Positions 9,208-20,622 of a stretch of 53,260 nt of DNA are shown here, in pieces. The DNA lies in NCBI GenBank assembly GCA_017523305.1, contig JAFWWV010000071.1, positions 1 to 53,260 of the forward strand, written 5' to 3'. Position numbers and translations under genes: made by a program. Every line of letters begins with the position of its first letter. Position 1 is the first letter of the stretch. Under the pieces are notes generated by a model. The model had not been told where the DNA came from, searched no databases, and saw only the letters and a program-made list of their open reading frames with translations. Source of the stretch: Clostridia bacterium (GTDB lineage: Bacteria; Bacillota; Clostridia; Christensenellales; UBA1242).

Positions 9208-10863
9208 ATGTGGAGGAATGTTAAATTGCAAAAAACAGTAAACGGAGCAATGTTTAGAAAAATGGTTTTAGCAGCCGCTAACTTGCTTGAAGAAAATAGA
9301 AAATATGTAGACTCATTAAACGTATTCCCAGTACCTGACGGAGATACTGGTACAAATATGAACTTAACCTTTAAATCAGCTACTAAAGAAGTTAATGAAT
9401 GTTTAAACAACAACTTTGATACTTTAGGCGAAGCAATTTCAAAAGGTGCTTTAAGGGGTGCAAGGGGTAACTCTGGTGTTATACTTTCACAAATTTTAAA
9501 AGGTATGGCTTCAGTTATTTCTCAATGTACAGAACTTAAAACAAAAGATTTTGCTAAAGCTATGAAGGAAGGTGCTGATATTGCTTATAAAGCAGTTACA
9601 AAACCTAAAGAAGGTACAATTTTAACTGTTATTAGGGTTATGGCAGAACACGCACAAAGCTCATGCAAAAAACACTCTGACTTTGAAGAATTCTTAAAAG
9701 ACGTTCTTGATAAGGGTGAAGAAATATTAATGGAAACACCAGAAATGTTACCTGTACTTAAAAAAGCAGGCGTTGTTGACGCTGGTGGTAGGGGCTTACT
9801 TGTAATCTTCTCAGGCTTCTACAGAGCATTAGTTAATGATGATTCTGTAAGTTTTGACTTTGTTGATGCAGCAAGTGCTTATGAAAAAGATAAAGAATTC
9901 CACGCAAACTTAGTTGACTTAGCTGAAATTCAATTTGGCTATTGTACAGAATATATGGTTATTAATATGCACAAGAAAACTACTCAAAGTGATATCGAAA
10001 AACTTAGAGAAAGACTTTGTGAAATTGGTGACTCAGTTATTTGTATTGGCGACTTAAGTTTAGTTAAAGTTCACGTTCATACAAACGAACCAAACAGAGC
10101 TCTTGGTTATGCTTTAGAACTTGGCGAAATTACAAATGTTAAAATCGAAAATATGTTAGAGCAAAATAGAGAACTTTTAAAAGCTCAAACACAAAAAGAA
10201 CCACCAAAAGCTATGGGTATGGTTTCAGTTTCAGCAGGTGATGGCTTTGCACTACTTTTCAAAGACTTAACTGTTGACTATGTTATTCAAGGTGGCCAAA
10301 CAATGAACCCAAGTGCAAACGATATTGCACAAGCTATTGATAAGGTTAACGCAGATACAGTTTTTGTTTTACCAAATAACAAAAATATTATTTTAGCTGC
10401 TGAACAAGCTCAAGCTTTAACTAAAAAGAACGTTGTAGTTATTCCTACTCGTAGCGTTCCAGAAGGTATTTCAGCTTGCTTATCATTTAACCCAGAAGCT
10501 ACTATTGAAGAAAACGTAGAAGCTATGAAAGCTTCAATGCAAAGCGTTAAAACAGGTAACGTAACTTACGCTGTAAGAGATACTCACATCGATGACTTTG
10601 ACTTAAGCGTTGGCGAAATTATTGGTTTAGATAATAGCTCTATCTTAGCAAAAGGTAAAGAAATTCCTGAAACTGTTGATGGTTTAGTTGCTAAACTTAT
10701 TGACGAAAACACTGTAAACGTTACACTTTTCTATGGTGAAGAAGTTACTGAAGAAGATGCTATAAAACTTCAAGACGATTTACAAAAGAAATACCCACAA
10801 TGCGAGTTCAACGCTGTTAGTGGTGGACAACCAGTTTACTATTACATTTTATCAATTGAATAA
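9208..10863 (+). CDS. DAK2 domain-containing protein (YloV-like)
   Basis: LNVFPVPDGDTGTNM DAK2 motif and about 550 aa length. The true start may be the TTG at 9226, 9 nt after GGAGG (9212-9216). Confidence 0.85.
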   Translation: MWRNVKLQKTVNGAMFRKMVLAAANLLEENRKYVDSLNVFPVPDGDTGTNMNLTFKSATKEVNECLNNNFDTLGEAISKGALRGARGNSGVILSQILKGMASVISQCTELKTKDFAKAMKEGADIAYKAVTKPKEGTILTVIRVMAEHAQSSCKKHSDFEEFLKDVLDKGEEILMETPEMLPVLKKAGVVDAGGRGLLVIFSGFYRALVNDDSVSFDFVDAASAYEKDKEFHANLVDLAEIQFGYCTEYMVINMHKKTTQSDIEKLRERLCEIGDSVICIGDLSLVKVHVHTNEPNRALGYALELGEITNVKIENMLEQNRELLKAQTQKEPPKAMGMVSVSAGDGFALLFKDLTVDYVIQGGQTMNPSANDIAQAIDKVNADTVFVLPNNKNIILAAEQAQALTKKNVVVIPTRSVPEGISACLSFNPEATIEENVEAMKASMQSVKTGNVTYAVRDTHIDDFDLSVGEIIGLDNSSILAKGKEIPETVDGLVAKLIDENTVNVTLFYGEEVTEEDAIKLQDDLQKKYPQCEFNAVSGGQPVYYYILSIE

Positions 10864-10947
10864 TTGTTAAAATTATATTATGCAATTTAACTAAAGTTAA
10901 AAAATCAAAATTTAACGTTTGTTATAATTTAATAACTTTAATACTTT

Positions 10948-10986
10948 AAAAACCTAGCGAATATCGTTAGGTTTTTATTTTTTTAT
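10948..10986 (+). terminator. rho-independent terminator after the DAK2 gene
   Basis: AACCTAGCG-aatat-CGTTAGGTT hairpin followed by a T-run. Confidence 0.6.
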
Positions 10987-11032
10987 ACTTTTTTTAATTT
11001 AAAAAAATGTCGAAAACCACCTAAAACCCATA

Positions 11033-11061
11033 TTGACTTTTGTTAAAACCCGTGCTAGTAT
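11033..11061 (+). promoter_or_regulatory. sigma-A type promoter for the orphan gene pair
   Basis: TTGACT, 17 nt spacer, TAGTAT. Confidence 0.45.
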
Positions 11062-11093
11062 TTTTTTAAAAGAGAAAGGGGGGAAAGGTGATT

Positions 11094-11639
11094 ATGCCAA
11101 ATATTATTGAAAATAACATTCCAACAGTATATTTGTTAGGAAAAGACCAAACTGTTTACATCTATTTAAACGGTGATGGTTCACTTGTAAAAGCAGAAAA
11201 TAAAGTAGTAAGACGTGAAGGTAGCGAAAGACTTGTAAAATCTGCAAAAACTTTTAGTTTTGCCGATAGTATTAACAAAATTGTTAATCCAAGCGCTATT
11301 GAAAACGCAGTAAACGTTCAAACAATTTATTCAAGGTCAGAAGAAATTGAACAAGCAGAAGATAGTTTAATTATTGATGTTCACCAAGGACAAAACTGCA
11401 TTTTAGGATTTTTAGATAAAAATAACGAAAATGTAATGGGTGGCTATATGTTAAGCACTTTTTCCGAACCAGTTTCTTACAGCGATAAAGGTTTTTGGGA
11501 AAACACATTAAGCGCTGCTCAAACTGAAAATTATTTACAAAGATATGGTCAAACAGACTTAACAAAAGTTAACCAATATTTTGCTTCAGAAAAAATTGAT
11601 ACTATGACAACAACAGCTCTTCAAAGTTTTGAACCATAA
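11094..11639 (+). CDS. hypothetical protein (no family recognised)
   Basis: Clean ORF in host-like codon usage. G-rich RBS (GGGGGGAAAGG) just upstream. The start is either the ATG at 11094 or the GTG at 11088. No signal peptide or TM segment. Confidence 0.6.
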   Translation: MPNIIENNIPTVYLLGKDQTVYIYLNGDGSLVKAENKVVRREGSERLVKSAKTFSFADSINKIVNPSAIENAVNVQTIYSRSEEIEQAEDSLIIDVHQGQNCILGFLDKNNENVMGGYMLSTFSEPVSYSDKGFWENTLSAAQTENYLQRYGQTDLTKVNQYFASEKIDTMTTTALQSFEP

Positions 11640-11742
11640 AAGTTTAATTATATAGGATATATATTATATATATAATTATATAAAAAATATAAAGGCATAA
11701 CACAAATAAAAAAAATAAATAGTTAAAGGAAATACATAAAAA

Positions 11743-12474
11743 ATGAAGAAAACAGAAGTAGAAAGTTTTGAAAAATTACCTTTTTTAAACCCAAAGTTCA
11801 CTAACTTTTTTCAAGGAAGAAAGGGTATTAGTGCTGATTTAAAAAGAATTTTTGAATTAAACAGTATTAAAAATGAAAAATTTAATGAATTGCCACATAA
11901 TTTGTATTTTGGTGAAGATATAACAGAAGTTTTTTCAAACGATGGTTTAATTGATTTTGTATGTCAATTTGATAACTCAGGCGTAGCTAAAGTTATTTTA
12001 GGTTCATTTTCACACAGAGATTTAGATGCTTCTGTTAACTATAACTTTACAATTACTGATAATCCTGCCGAAAGTGATTATTCAATTGCTTTTACAAGAT
12101 ATGAACAAAACTTAGATTTTGTAAAATCAACTTCAGGTGTAGAAAATTATTCTCAAGCTGGTATAAAATCAACATTTTTTAATACAATTGTAAGTTCAGC
12201 TTTAACTGGCGAGTCACTAGAAGCAAGAAGTACTTATGGTTATTATGATGCTGAAGGGGCACTTTGTACTGAAACTTTGTTGTTAGATTATCCAACTCAA
12301 GTAAAAAGTTCTCAATCAAGTTTAGTAGATTTTAGGCAAGATATGCTTGATGCTGGTGCATCTGTAGTTCATATGGTTGATGGTAAAAGGGCAGAACCAG
12401 ATAAAGTTGACGATATTATTAGAACAACTGAGCAAGTATTTGGTACACAAACTACCGAATTTTTGCCTAATTAA
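11743..12474 (+). CDS. hypothetical protein (no family recognised)
   Basis: 243-aa ORF with an AAAGGAAA RBS. No signal peptide or TM segment. Followed by a hairpin at about 12494-12545. Confidence 0.6.
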   Translation: MKKTEVESFEKLPFLNPKFTNFFQGRKGISADLKRIFELNSIKNEKFNELPHNLYFGEDITEVFSNDGLIDFVCQFDNSGVAKVILGSFSHRDLDASVNYNFTITDNPAESDYSIAFTRYEQNLDFVKSTSGVENYSQAGIKSTFFNTIVSSALTGESLEARSTYGYYDAEGALCTETLLLDYPTQVKSSQSSLVDFRQDMLDAGASVVHMVDGKRAEPDKVDDIIRTTEQVFGTQTTEFLPN

Positions 12475-12577
12475 AAATTTTTTAATAAAAAAAAAGGAAA
12501 TAATCAATTAGCGTAGTATATATAGGTTAGTTGATTATTTTTATTTAACTTGTGCTTAAATAAAAAATTTATTTGGA

Positions 12578-14392
12578 GTGATAAAAAGTTTGCAAAACAA
12601 AGGATATCCAACCAGATTTATCGAAGAGTTAAAACAAAAGTGCGATATAGTTTCAACTATTTCTCGTTTTTTAACTTTGCAAAAAAAGGGTAAAACTTAT
12701 TGGGCTTGCTGTCCATTTCACTATGAAAAAACCCCTTCATTTGCAGTAAACGAAGTTGAACAATATTACCATTGTTATGGCTGTGGCGAAAGTGGTGATG
12801 TAATTAAATTTATTGAAAAATATGAAAACTTAACCTTTATGGAAAGTGTTAAATATCTTGCCGATAGCGTAGGGTTAAAGTTGCCAGAGTTAGAGCAATC
12901 TAACCAAGACTTAAAACAAATGAAGTTAAAAGCCGAAGTTTTAAGAGCAACTAATTTGGCAATGAATTTTTATAAAGAATGCCTAAAAACCCCAGTTGCT
13001 TCTCAAGCAAGGGAATATTTAAACCGTAGAGAAATGAACCAAACTATAGTTGATTACTTCAACATTGGTTTCAGTCCAGACTGGACAAGTTTAATTTCTT
13101 ACCTTGAAAAAAACAATGTTTCAAGAGAAGTTATGAAAACTGCTGGGCTCATTGAATTTAACGATTCAGGTAGAGCATATGATGTTTTTGGTACAAGACT
13201 TATGTTCCCAATTCTAAACAGTTTTGGTGATTGCATTGGTTTTACTGCCCGAACACTTGACCCAAACAGCAAGTTTGCTAAATACAAAAATTCTACCCAA
13301 ACTTTAATATTTGATAAAAGTAGAACAATTTATAACATTAATAGTATTAAGCAACTTAAAAAAGAACAAAAAATTGATTACATAATTATTTGTGAAGGTA
13401 CCATTGACGTAATTGCAATGTACAAAGCAGGTTTTAGAAATACCGTTGCTTGTATGGGTACAGCAATAACAAATTATCACGCAAGTCAACTTAAGCGTTA
13501 TAGCGATAAAATTATTTTGTGTTTAGATGGCGACGACGCTGGTCAAAATGCAACCTATAAAGCAATAGATGTTTTAAGCGAACAAGGTTTAGAAGTTAAA
13601 GTTGTAAAACTTAAAGAAAACCTTGACCCAGACGAATTTTTAAAGAAGTATGGGGCAGAAGAATTAAAGTCTACACTTTTAAACGCTGAAGACTGTATTG
13701 AATACAAATTAACAAGCCTAGCACAAAAATATAACTTAAATGATAGTTATCAAAAAAACAAATACATAACAAACGCCCTTGAAATTATTTCAAAACTTGA
13801 TAGTAACGCAGAAAGGGAAATTTATTTAAAAGTTTTATCAAAACGGGTTTTTATTTCAGTTGATGTTTTAAGAAGAGATTTAAGTGGTAGCAAACTAACT
13901 AAACCTTCAAACCCTTTAAAAGCTGAAGCAACCCCAGAAAAACCTTTTGTTGTAAGGCAAGAAGGTAACACAAAAGCAACTAAGTTTATAATAGCAAGCA
14001 TTATTCACAAACAACCTTATGCAGTTGAAGATGTAAGAAAAAACTTTAAATTCAAAAACTCAAGTTATCAAAACTTGTACGATTTTGTGGTTAAGTGTGA
14101 AAGCGAAGGCAAAACTTATACAATAAGTTCATTGTTCGATTATTTTGATGTAGATAATAACCCAGATATAAAGGAAATTATAGACTTCAACTTTGCTGAG
14201 TATGGTGATACTGCTGAAATATATTATAACGAGTGTACAAAAAAAGGTGACTTACCAACACTTGAACAGCAAAAAAAGGAACTTTTAAAATTATATAGTC
14301 AGGCTAGAGAAAATAGTCAAAAAATAGAAATTTTAAGAGATATACAACAAATAGATAAAAAAATAAATAATATAAAGGATAAAAAACAATAA
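12578..14392 (+). CDS. dnaG: DNA primase
   Basis: CHC2 zinc finger ([12 protein letters not shown]...[11 protein letters not shown]) and TOPRIM motifs ([18 protein letters not shown]). The GTG at 12578 overlaps the GGAG, so the in-frame TTG at 12590 is a plausible real start. Confidence 0.92.
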   Translation: MIKSLQNKGYPTRFIEELKQKCDIVSTISRFLTLQKKGKTYWACCPFHYEKTPSFAVNEVEQYYHCYGCGESGDVIKFIEKYENLTFMESVKYLADSVGLKLPELEQSNQDLKQMKLKAEVLRATNLAMNFYKECLKTPVASQAREYLNRREMNQTIVDYFNIGFSPDWTSLISYLEKNNVSREVMKTAGLIEFNDSGRAYDVFGTRLMFPILNSFGDCIGFTARTLDPNSKFAKYKNSTQTLIFDKSRTIYNINSIKQLKKEQKIDYIIICEGTIDVIAMYKAGFRNTVACMGTAITNYHASQLKRYSDKIILCLDGDDAGQNATYKAIDVLSEQGLEVKVVKLKENLDPDEFLKKYGAEELKSTLLNAEDCIEYKLTSLAQKYNLNDSYQKNKYITNALEIISKLDSNAEREIYLKVLSKRVFISVDVLRRDLSGSKLTKPSNPLKAEATPEKPFVVRQEGNTKATKFIIASIIHKQPYAVEDVRKNFKFKNSSYQNLYDFVVKCESEGKTYTISSLFDYFDVDNNPDIKEIIDFNFAEYGDTAEIYYNECTKKGDLPTLEQQKKELLKLYSQARENSQKIEILRDIQQIDKKINNIKDKKQ

Positions 14393-15450
14393 TGTATAAC
14401 GAAAAATTCCAACCAGAAATTAATAAACTTGCAGATATAGCAAAAGCAAAAGGCAGTTTAAATGAAGAAGAAATTATTTTAAGACTGCTTAAATATGATG
14501 CTTCTGCACAAGATATTGAAGAAGTTGTAGAGTACTTTGCAAAAAATAAAATTAAAGTTAACAAACAAAGCGAAAACTTTGAAGAAATTGAAGACTTAAG
14601 TAAAATTGCAAGCCAAGTACAAGTTGACGACCCAGTTAAAATGTACTTAAAAGATATTGGTAAAGTTCCATTGCTTACCAGTGATGAAGAAGTTGAATAC
14701 GCAAAACGTATGGCTGATGGCGACGAATATGCACGTAAGAAACTTTCTGAAGCAAACTTAAGGCTTGTTGTAAGTATTGCTAAAAAATATGTAGGCAGAA
14801 CAAGTATGCAATTTTTGGATTTAATTCAAGAAGGTAACTTAGGTTTATTAAAAGCTGTTGAAAAATTCGACTATACAAAAGGCTTTAGGTTTTCAACTTA
14901 CGCTACTTGGTGGATTAGACAATCTATCACTCGTGCTATAGCTGACCAAGCAAGAACAATTAGAATTCCTGTTCATATGGTAGAAACAATTAATAAACTT
15001 ATTCGTGTTTCACGTCAATTACTTCAAACATTAGGTCGTGATCCAACTGCTCAAGAAATTGCAGAAAAAATGGGTATTTCTGAACAACGTGTTTGTGAAA
15101 TTCAAAAAATTGCTCAAGACCCAGTTTCACTTGAAAACCCTGTTGGTGAAGAAGAAGATAGCAAAATTGGTGACTTTGTTGAAGACGAATCAATTAAATC
15201 TCCAGTTGAAAACGCAGCTCAACTTATTTTAAAAGAACAACTTCTTGCTGCTATTGACACTTTGACCCCTAGAGAACAAAAAGTTATTAGACTTCGTTAT
15301 GGTTTAGACGATTCACACCCAAGAACTTTGGAAGAAGTTGGTCGTGAATTTGATGTTACTCGTGAAAGAATTAGACAAATTGAAGCTAAAGCTTTAAGAA
15401 AATTAAGGCACCCAAACAGATGCAAAAAATTAGAAGGTTTCTGTGACTAA
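14392..15450 (+). CDS. rpoD: RNA polymerase primary sigma factor
   Basis: Region 2 ([29 protein letters not shown]) and region 4.2 ([30 protein letters not shown]). TAATG overlap with dnaG. Confidence 0.95.
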   Translation: MYNEKFQPEINKLADIAKAKGSLNEEEIILRLLKYDASAQDIEEVVEYFAKNKIKVNKQSENFEEIEDLSKIASQVQVDDPVKMYLKDIGKVPLLTSDEEVEYAKRMADGDEYARKKLSEANLRLVVSIAKKYVGRTSMQFLDLIQEGNLGLLKAVEKFDYTKGFRFSTYATWWIRQSITRAIADQARTIRIPVHMVETINKLIRVSRQLLQTLGRDPTAQEIAEKMGISEQRVCEIQKIAQDPVSLENPVGEEEDSKIGDFVEDESIKSPVENAAQLILKEQLLAAIDTLTPREQKVIRLRYGLDDSHPRTLEEVGREFDVTRERIRQIEAKALRKLRHPNRCKKLEGFCD

Positions 15451-16120
15451 AGATAAGCGCATTAAAACTATTTGTAATATGGTTTTTACCCCTGTGGTTG
15501 CTGAAATTGGTGCCGACCACGGTTATATTACAAAAGAGTTGTTTGAACAAAACAAAATTACAAACGCATTTTTAACTGATATAAGTTCAAAATGTTTGCA
15601 AAAAGCGTTAACTAATTTTAAAAATTCTAGTTACAACCAAAACTGCACCTTTTTAGTAGGCGATGGTTTACAAGCACTAAGCCAAGTAGAAAACAAACAA
15701 AATATCGGTCAAATTATTATTGCTGGTATGGGTGGGCTAGAAATTATTAAAATTTTAAAAGATGAGCAAGCAAATTTTTACAACCAATTTGTTTTGCAAC
15801 CACAACGAAATGTTGTAGAATTAAGACAATTTTTACAAGATAATAATTATTTTATTTGCTCAGACCGTATGGTTAAGGAAGGTAAAATTTATTACAACGT
15901 ATTAAAAGTAAAAAAAGTTGATAAGCAAGTTTTGTTAACTCAAGATGAAATTCTTTTTGGTAAATCAAATTTAGTAGAGTTTAATCCTGACTTTGTAGAT
16001 TATTTAAAATTTGAAATTGCAAAGTTAACCGAAATTCTATCAAAAAAAGATATGCCAGAAAAATTAACTTATTTAAAACAGTTACAAAACATACTTACTA
16101 ACAAAACTAAAGGAGTATAG
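15443..16120 (+). CDS. trmK: tRNA (adenine(22)-N(1))-methyltransferase
   Basis: TrmK-like motifs ([19 protein letters not shown]). dnaG-sigA-trmK synteny as in Bacillus. GTG start overlapping the rpoD stop. Confidence 0.75.
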   Translation: MTKDKRIKTICNMVFTPVVAEIGADHGYITKELFEQNKITNAFLTDISSKCLQKALTNFKNSSYNQNCTFLVGDGLQALSQVENKQNIGQIIIAGMGGLEIIKILKDEQANFYNQFVLQPQRNVVELRQFLQDNNYFICSDRMVKEGKIYYNVLKVKKVDKQVLLTQDEILFGKSNLVEFNPDFVDYLKFEIAKLTEILSKKDMPEKLTYLKQLQNILTNKTKGV

Positions 16121-16126
16121 GCTTAT

Positions 16127-16819
16127 ATGTTTGAAAAAATATTAGAGTATCAAAAATTAGATGGTAAATTACGTAACCTTAAAAGAGAACTTGATAATAA
16201 TCCAGCAAAGCAAAATTTAGAAAAAATTAAAGCAATTGGAAAAGACTCTCAAAATAAATTAATCGAGTTAGAAAATAAAGCAAAAACAGCTATTGCAGAC
16301 CACGCTAAGTATAAAGCTGAATATGAAAAAGTTGTAACTCAATTAAATGCTATTAATAAAACAAGTGTTGATAGTATGACAGAAGAACAAATCAATGATA
16401 ATTTAGAAAAAGCAAATGCTTTAGTTAATGTTTTAGTTTCTCTTGAAAGAAATTTATCTTCACAAGCAAAATTAGTAGAAGATATTCTTAAAAACTTTGA
16501 AATTTGCCGTAACAACATTGTTATTAATAAACAAAAATATACACAATGCAAAGCAGAGTGCGATAAATTTGAAGAAAATTCAAAACCACAATTTGAAGAA
16601 ATTAAAAAACAAATGTTGGAAATGGAAAAAGATATTGATAAAAACTTGCTTGCTAAATATAAACATTGCAGACAAGATAAAAAGTTCCCAGTATTTGTTC
16701 CACTTAACAATAACTCTTGTGGTGGTTGCAGTATGGAAATTTCAGCAGCTCTTATGAACAAACTAAAAGCTGATGGCTACCTTGAATGCGAACAATGTAG
16801 AAGATATATCTATCTATAA
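16127..16819 (+). CDS. coiled-coil zinc-ribbon protein (COG1579-like)
   Basis: Long coiled coil followed by a C-terminal CGGC...CEQC zinc ribbon. Confidence 0.65.
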   Translation: MFEKILEYQKLDGKLRNLKRELDNNPAKQNLEKIKAIGKDSQNKLIELENKAKTAIADHAKYKAEYEKVVTQLNAINKTSVDSMTEEQINDNLEKANALVNVLVSLERNLSSQAKLVEDILKNFEICRNNIVINKQKYTQCKAECDKFEENSKPQFEEIKKQMLEMEKDIDKNLLAKYKHCRQDKKFPVFVPLNNNSCGGCSMEISAALMNKLKADGYLECEQCRRYIYL

Positions 16820-16833
16820 AAAAAAATAAAAAG

Positions 16834-16862
16834 GTGATGAGTAAAATCTCGTCACTTTTTTT
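16834..16862 (+). terminator. rho-independent terminator
   Basis: GTGATGAG-taaaat-CTCGTCAC hairpin plus a T7 run. Confidence 0.6.
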
Positions 16863-17098
16863 ATATCTAAAAACAAAGTTAATAAAAAATAACACACATA
16901 GAACTCTTAAAATAAAACACTAAAATTAAGAAATTAAAAATAACTAAAAGAATAAAGTTTTTAAAATCTTTTTCAGCGTAAAATTAAATTAATAAAACCA
17001 AAAACACTTGTTTATTTTGTTTATTTTGTTATACTAATTTTATAAAAGATTATTACTTTTTGTATTTTTTTGTAGGATAAGAGAATAAGTTTAGTTAT

Positions 17099-18757
17099 AT
17101 GGATAAAGATAAAAAAGTTATACAATTTAATCAAGATGATGAATTTTATTTTGAGTTAGGCAAAAAATATTTACAAAATGGCGAGTTAGTAAAGTCTATT
17201 AGGTCTATGCATACAGCAATTTCTAAAATAACTGTACGAAACGAAATTTTACTTTCAAGTTATCACTTAGTTTTAGCTCAAGCATATTCAATGGTAAATA
17301 ATTTAGAGTTGTCTAATTATTATTACTATTTATGTTTAAATGATGGCGACCTATTTGCTCAATTTGCTTTTAGGGGTTTAGGCGAAAATTTTGCATTGCA
17401 AAAAGATTATATGATGGCAAGGTTCTATTTAAACCAATGCGTAAATATAATGGAAAACTCTCAACTTGCTGATAGTGCTAAACAAAAATTAAAACAAATA
17501 GGAAAGGGTAACACCAAGGGTTTTAAAATTGTAGGGCAGGAAGATAAGTTATTGCAAGAAAAAAAATTAGCACAAGCCGAAAACTATATGTCAAAAGGCA
17601 AATTTGAAAAAGCCATTGATGTTTTAGAAAAAATTGGCGATTATACCGACCCACGTGTTAGAGCAGAACTTGCGTTAGCATACTTTTTTACAAATGAAAG
17701 TCAAAAAGGTGTAGAACTAATTAAAACTTTTGGCGAAGATAATATTTTAGACCTATGCAACTTGCTTTTAATTTATTTTGTGGAAGAAGATAAAGAAAAC
17801 TACGCAAAAATAAAAGAAAAGTTAAGAAGTTATAAAGTAGAAAAAGAAGAAGATAACTTTAAAATAGGTTTAGCTTTTGCTCAAACTGATGAACTTACAT
17901 TAGCAAAACTTTATATGGAAAAGTTTTTAAGTCAAGCAAAGCACGAACCTGAACTGGAATTTTTATATTGTCTTGCTTGTATTAATAATAAAGATTATGA
18001 CATAGCAAAAAATAAGTTGTTAGATTTAAAATCTCTTGACCCATTTAACAATTATGTTTTTGATTATTACCTTAATATGTGCGAAACAAAACCTGACCAA
18101 AAAGTAGAGTACTTGTTTAATTTGCCTATGAATAAGTTTTTAGAAGTTCAAAACCAAGTTAAACACTTTTTAGTTAAAAAAGATGAAGATTTAAAACAAG
18201 ACTTTTTAAACAATAAAGATTTGTTTTATTTTATAGCAAACCTACCAGAAAGCAATGTAAAAAGTTTATTACTTTTAAAACTTGCAAAAATTGAGAGTAA
18301 AGAGTTAAATGACTTTTTTAACTATATTTTGCTTCAAAATGGTGTCAAACCAAAATTAAAAGAAAACTTAGCATTAAGTAGACTTAGTTTAGATAAAGTT
18401 ACTTTAATTAGTTTAACAAGAGATAATTTCTTTACCAAACTAATTATTCCTAACAAAAAAGCAACTAAATTAAAAAGTGAAAAGTTAAACAAAGCAACCT
18501 TAAATTGTTGTGAATTTTTACTTACAAAAACAGCAACAATGAAAATAAACATAAAAAACAAAGTTATTTATATCGAGCGAAAAGAACTTCCAGAAGATGA
18601 AATTGACGAAAATGTTTTGTCAGCATACCTTACATGGACAGTTGTAAGCGTAAATAAACTAGCAACTTTAAATGATGTTTGTTTATATTTTTCAGTAACT
18701 CAAGCACAATTTTATGACTTTATTAAAAAATATCAACTTGCTGATTATATGCAATAA
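17099..18757 (+). CDS. helical-repeat (TPR-like) protein, function unknown
   Basis: 552-aa ORF. The N-terminal half has TPR-like periodicity (e.g. AENYMSKGKFEKAIDVLEKI). No specific family recognised. Confidence 0.45.
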   Translation: MDKDKKVIQFNQDDEFYFELGKKYLQNGELVKSIRSMHTAISKITVRNEILLSSYHLVLAQAYSMVNNLELSNYYYYLCLNDGDLFAQFAFRGLGENFALQKDYMMARFYLNQCVNIMENSQLADSAKQKLKQIGKGNTKGFKIVGQEDKLLQEKKLAQAENYMSKGKFEKAIDVLEKIGDYTDPRVRAELALAYFFTNESQKGVELIKTFGEDNILDLCNLLLIYFVEEDKENYAKIKEKLRSYKVEKEEDNFKIGLAFAQTDELTLAKLYMEKFLSQAKHEPELEFLYCLACINNKDYDIAKNKLLDLKSLDPFNNYVFDYYLNMCETKPDQKVEYLFNLPMNKFLEVQNQVKHFLVKKDEDLKQDFLNNKDLFYFIANLPESNVKSLLLLKLAKIESKELNDFFNYILLQNGVKPKLKENLALSRLSLDKVTLISLTRDNFFTKLIIPNKKATKLKSEKLNKATLNCCEFLLTKTATMKINIKNKVIYIERKELPEDEIDENVLSAYLTWTVVSVNKLATLNDVCLYFSVTQAQFYDFIKKYQLADYMQ

Positions 18758-18860
18758 TTTTTAAATTTTTATTTGTTAATTTTAAACATAAAATTGCTAT
18801 TGTATTTTTATATAATATTTGTTATAATAGTTTTAGAAATTTATAAAGGGGTTTATCCTT

Positions 18861-19118
18861 ATGATTAATTTATTAGGTGTTTCATTACTTCAATTTTTAC
18901 ACAAACCATTAATTATTATTGGTTTAATTTTACTTGCTTTTGGTATTGCAACTTGTGTTTTAGCAAAAAGAATTACAAGGGTAGCAAGGCAACAAAACGA
19001 AATTGACCCAGAAGATAGAATGTATACAGCATTTAAAATTATTGGTTTATTATTAATTCTTGCTGGTTTTGTATGTATTGCAGTTGATATTGTTTTATAC
19101 ATCAACGCAAGGGGTTAA
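18861..19118 (+). CDS. small membrane protein (two predicted TM helices)
   Basis: 85 aa with two hydrophobic stretches. AAAGGGG RBS. Followed by a strong terminator. Confidence 0.5.
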   Translation: MINLLGVSLLQFLHKPLIIIGLILLAFGIATCVLAKRITRVARQQNEIDPEDRMYTAFKIIGLLLILAGFVCIAVDIVLYINARG

Positions 19119-19130
19119 AATTAAAAAATA

Positions 19131-19163
19131 AAAAAGTTAAGAAAATTTTCTTAACTTTTTTTT
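19131..19163. terminator. bidirectional terminator between convergent genes
   Basis: Perfect palindrome AAGTTAAGAAAATTTTCTTAACTT flanked by A- and T-runs. Confidence 0.65.
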
Positions 19164-19227
19164 ATTTTTTTTTTTAATTTTTAAAGGCAATTAAACTAAA
19201 AAAAGTTTAATTGTTTTTTTTGTTATT

Positions 19228-20622
19228 TTAAAAGTTTTCTACAATTTTTTCTAGCCATTTATAAGTTCGGTTAATAGATTCTTTTTCCACTCTTTCTTTA
19301 GGGGAGTGTGCGTCATAAATATTTGCTGCAATAACGCAAATATCAAGTGTAGGTTTTTTAGAAATAAACACACCACCTTCAAGCCCAGCGTGAACATCTT
19401 GAAGTTGGGCAGGGGTTGTGTATAACTCGCCATAAGTTTCACAACATAATTTTTGTAGGTAAGAGTTTTCTCTTCTTTCAAAAAATGGTGCACGAGAAGT
19501 TATTTCAAAATTCAAGTCGTATTTCTTTGATAAATTTTCAAGTTCTTCAAGTTTTTCTGCTTCATACCTTATAACGCTACTTCTAAGCGAAATTATTATT
19601 GTTAATTCGCCGTCAACTAGTTTTATATTTGCAAAGTTGTTTGAAGTTAGCGGAAAGTTTTTCTTTTCAGGTGAATAAATTAAAACCCCGTTTTTGTGTT
19701 TATTAACAAAACTTATTAATTTTTTACTATCGGTTTTTGTTAAAACATTATTGCATTTTTTAGCTAAAGATTTAACTTCGCTAAAAATTTCAGGTTCTAC
19801 TTTATTAAATTTTTTGCAAAACTCTTTTAAATTTTTTCTTACTTCAGTTGCTGGTACACAAGTTTTTACTATGCAAAAACATTCTCTTGCAATAGCGTTT
19901 GATTTGCCACCACCAGTAATTGAAACAAGTTGAACATCTTTTATTGTTTTTAAAAATTTAAATAGTAATTTAATAGAATTCAATCTTTTTGTGTTGATTT
20001 CTAAGCCAGAGTGACCACCTTTTAAACCTTTAATACCAAGGCGTAGAGTGGTGGTTTTTTCTTTTATTGTTTTATGTTTTTTTGTAAGTTTAGCTACAAC
20101 CATACCAGCGCAAGAAGCTTCAATTTTGCCTTCGTCTGTTCCGTCTAAAGAAAGCAAATGTTCGCCTTTTATAAGTGAAAAATCTAGGTTTAAAGCGCCG
20201 TTCATAGTTGTTTCTTCTTGTGTGGTAAACACGGCTTCAAGGTTAGGAATATTTAATTTTTCGTCGTTTAAAATACTTAAAATCATACTTAAACCAATGC
20301 CGTTATCAGCCCCCAGTGTTGTGCCTTTTGCAAAAATATTTTTTTCGTCTTCATCTAACAAAATTGGGTCAGTATCAAAGTTAATTATGGTATCTTCATT
20401 TTTTTCGCAAACCATATCGGTATGTGCTTGCAAAATTAATGTTTTATCGCAGTTATCTCGGTTGGAATTCTTTTTTATTATTACATTGTGGGTATCGTCA
20501 AAAAAGTACTCAAGATTATGTTCTTTAGCAAAATTTATTAAATAATTTTTAATTTTTTCTTCTTTACCAGATGGACGTGGTACAGTAGAAATTTCTTTAA
20601 AATATTTAAGTGTGTTATTCAT
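19228..20622 (-). CDS. pepD: aminoacyl-histidine (Xaa-His) dipeptidase, M20 family
   Basis: The N-terminus FKEISTVPRPSGKEE, LQAHTDMV and GTTLGADNGIG are typical of PepD. Confidence 0.85.
   Translation of the reverse strand: MNNTLKYFKEISTVPRPSGKEEKIKNYLINFAKEHNLEYFFDDTHNVIIKKNSNRDNCDKTLILQAHTDMVCEKNEDTIINFDTDPILLDEDEKNIFAKGTTLGADNGIGLSMILSILNDEKLNIPNLEAVFTTQEETTMNGALNLDFSLIKGEHLLSLDGTDEGKIEASCAGMVVAKLTKKHKTIKEKTTTLRLGIKGLKGGHSGLEINTKRLNSIKLLFKFLKTIKDVQLVSITGGGKSNAIARECFCIVKTCVPATEVRKNLKEFCKKFNKVEPEIFSEVKSLAKKCNNVLTKTDSKKLISFVNKHKNGVLIYSPEKKNFPLTSNNFANIKLVDGELTIIISLRSSVIRYEAEKLEELENLSKKYDLNFEITSRAPFFERRENSYLQKLCCETYGELYTTPAQLQDVHAGLEGGVFISKKPTLDICVIAANIYDAHSPKERVEKESINRTYKWLEKIVENF

Noticed and set aside
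11640-11742. TA-rich stretch (tatataggatatatattatatatataattatata) that looked like a microsatellite or repeat array. Similar A/T word repeats occur at 42040-42200 and 16990-17030.
   Set aside because: This is low-complexity AT-rich intergenic DNA without a defined unit, spacer structure or conserved repeat. It is not a CRISPR array or a tandem-repeat locus.
20048-20545. A 165-aa + strand ORF.
   Set aside because: It is antisense to the well-supported pepD gene. The same reasoning applies to 14304..14564, 16339..16761, 24520..24879, 38608..38988, 41413..41649 and 49692..49976.
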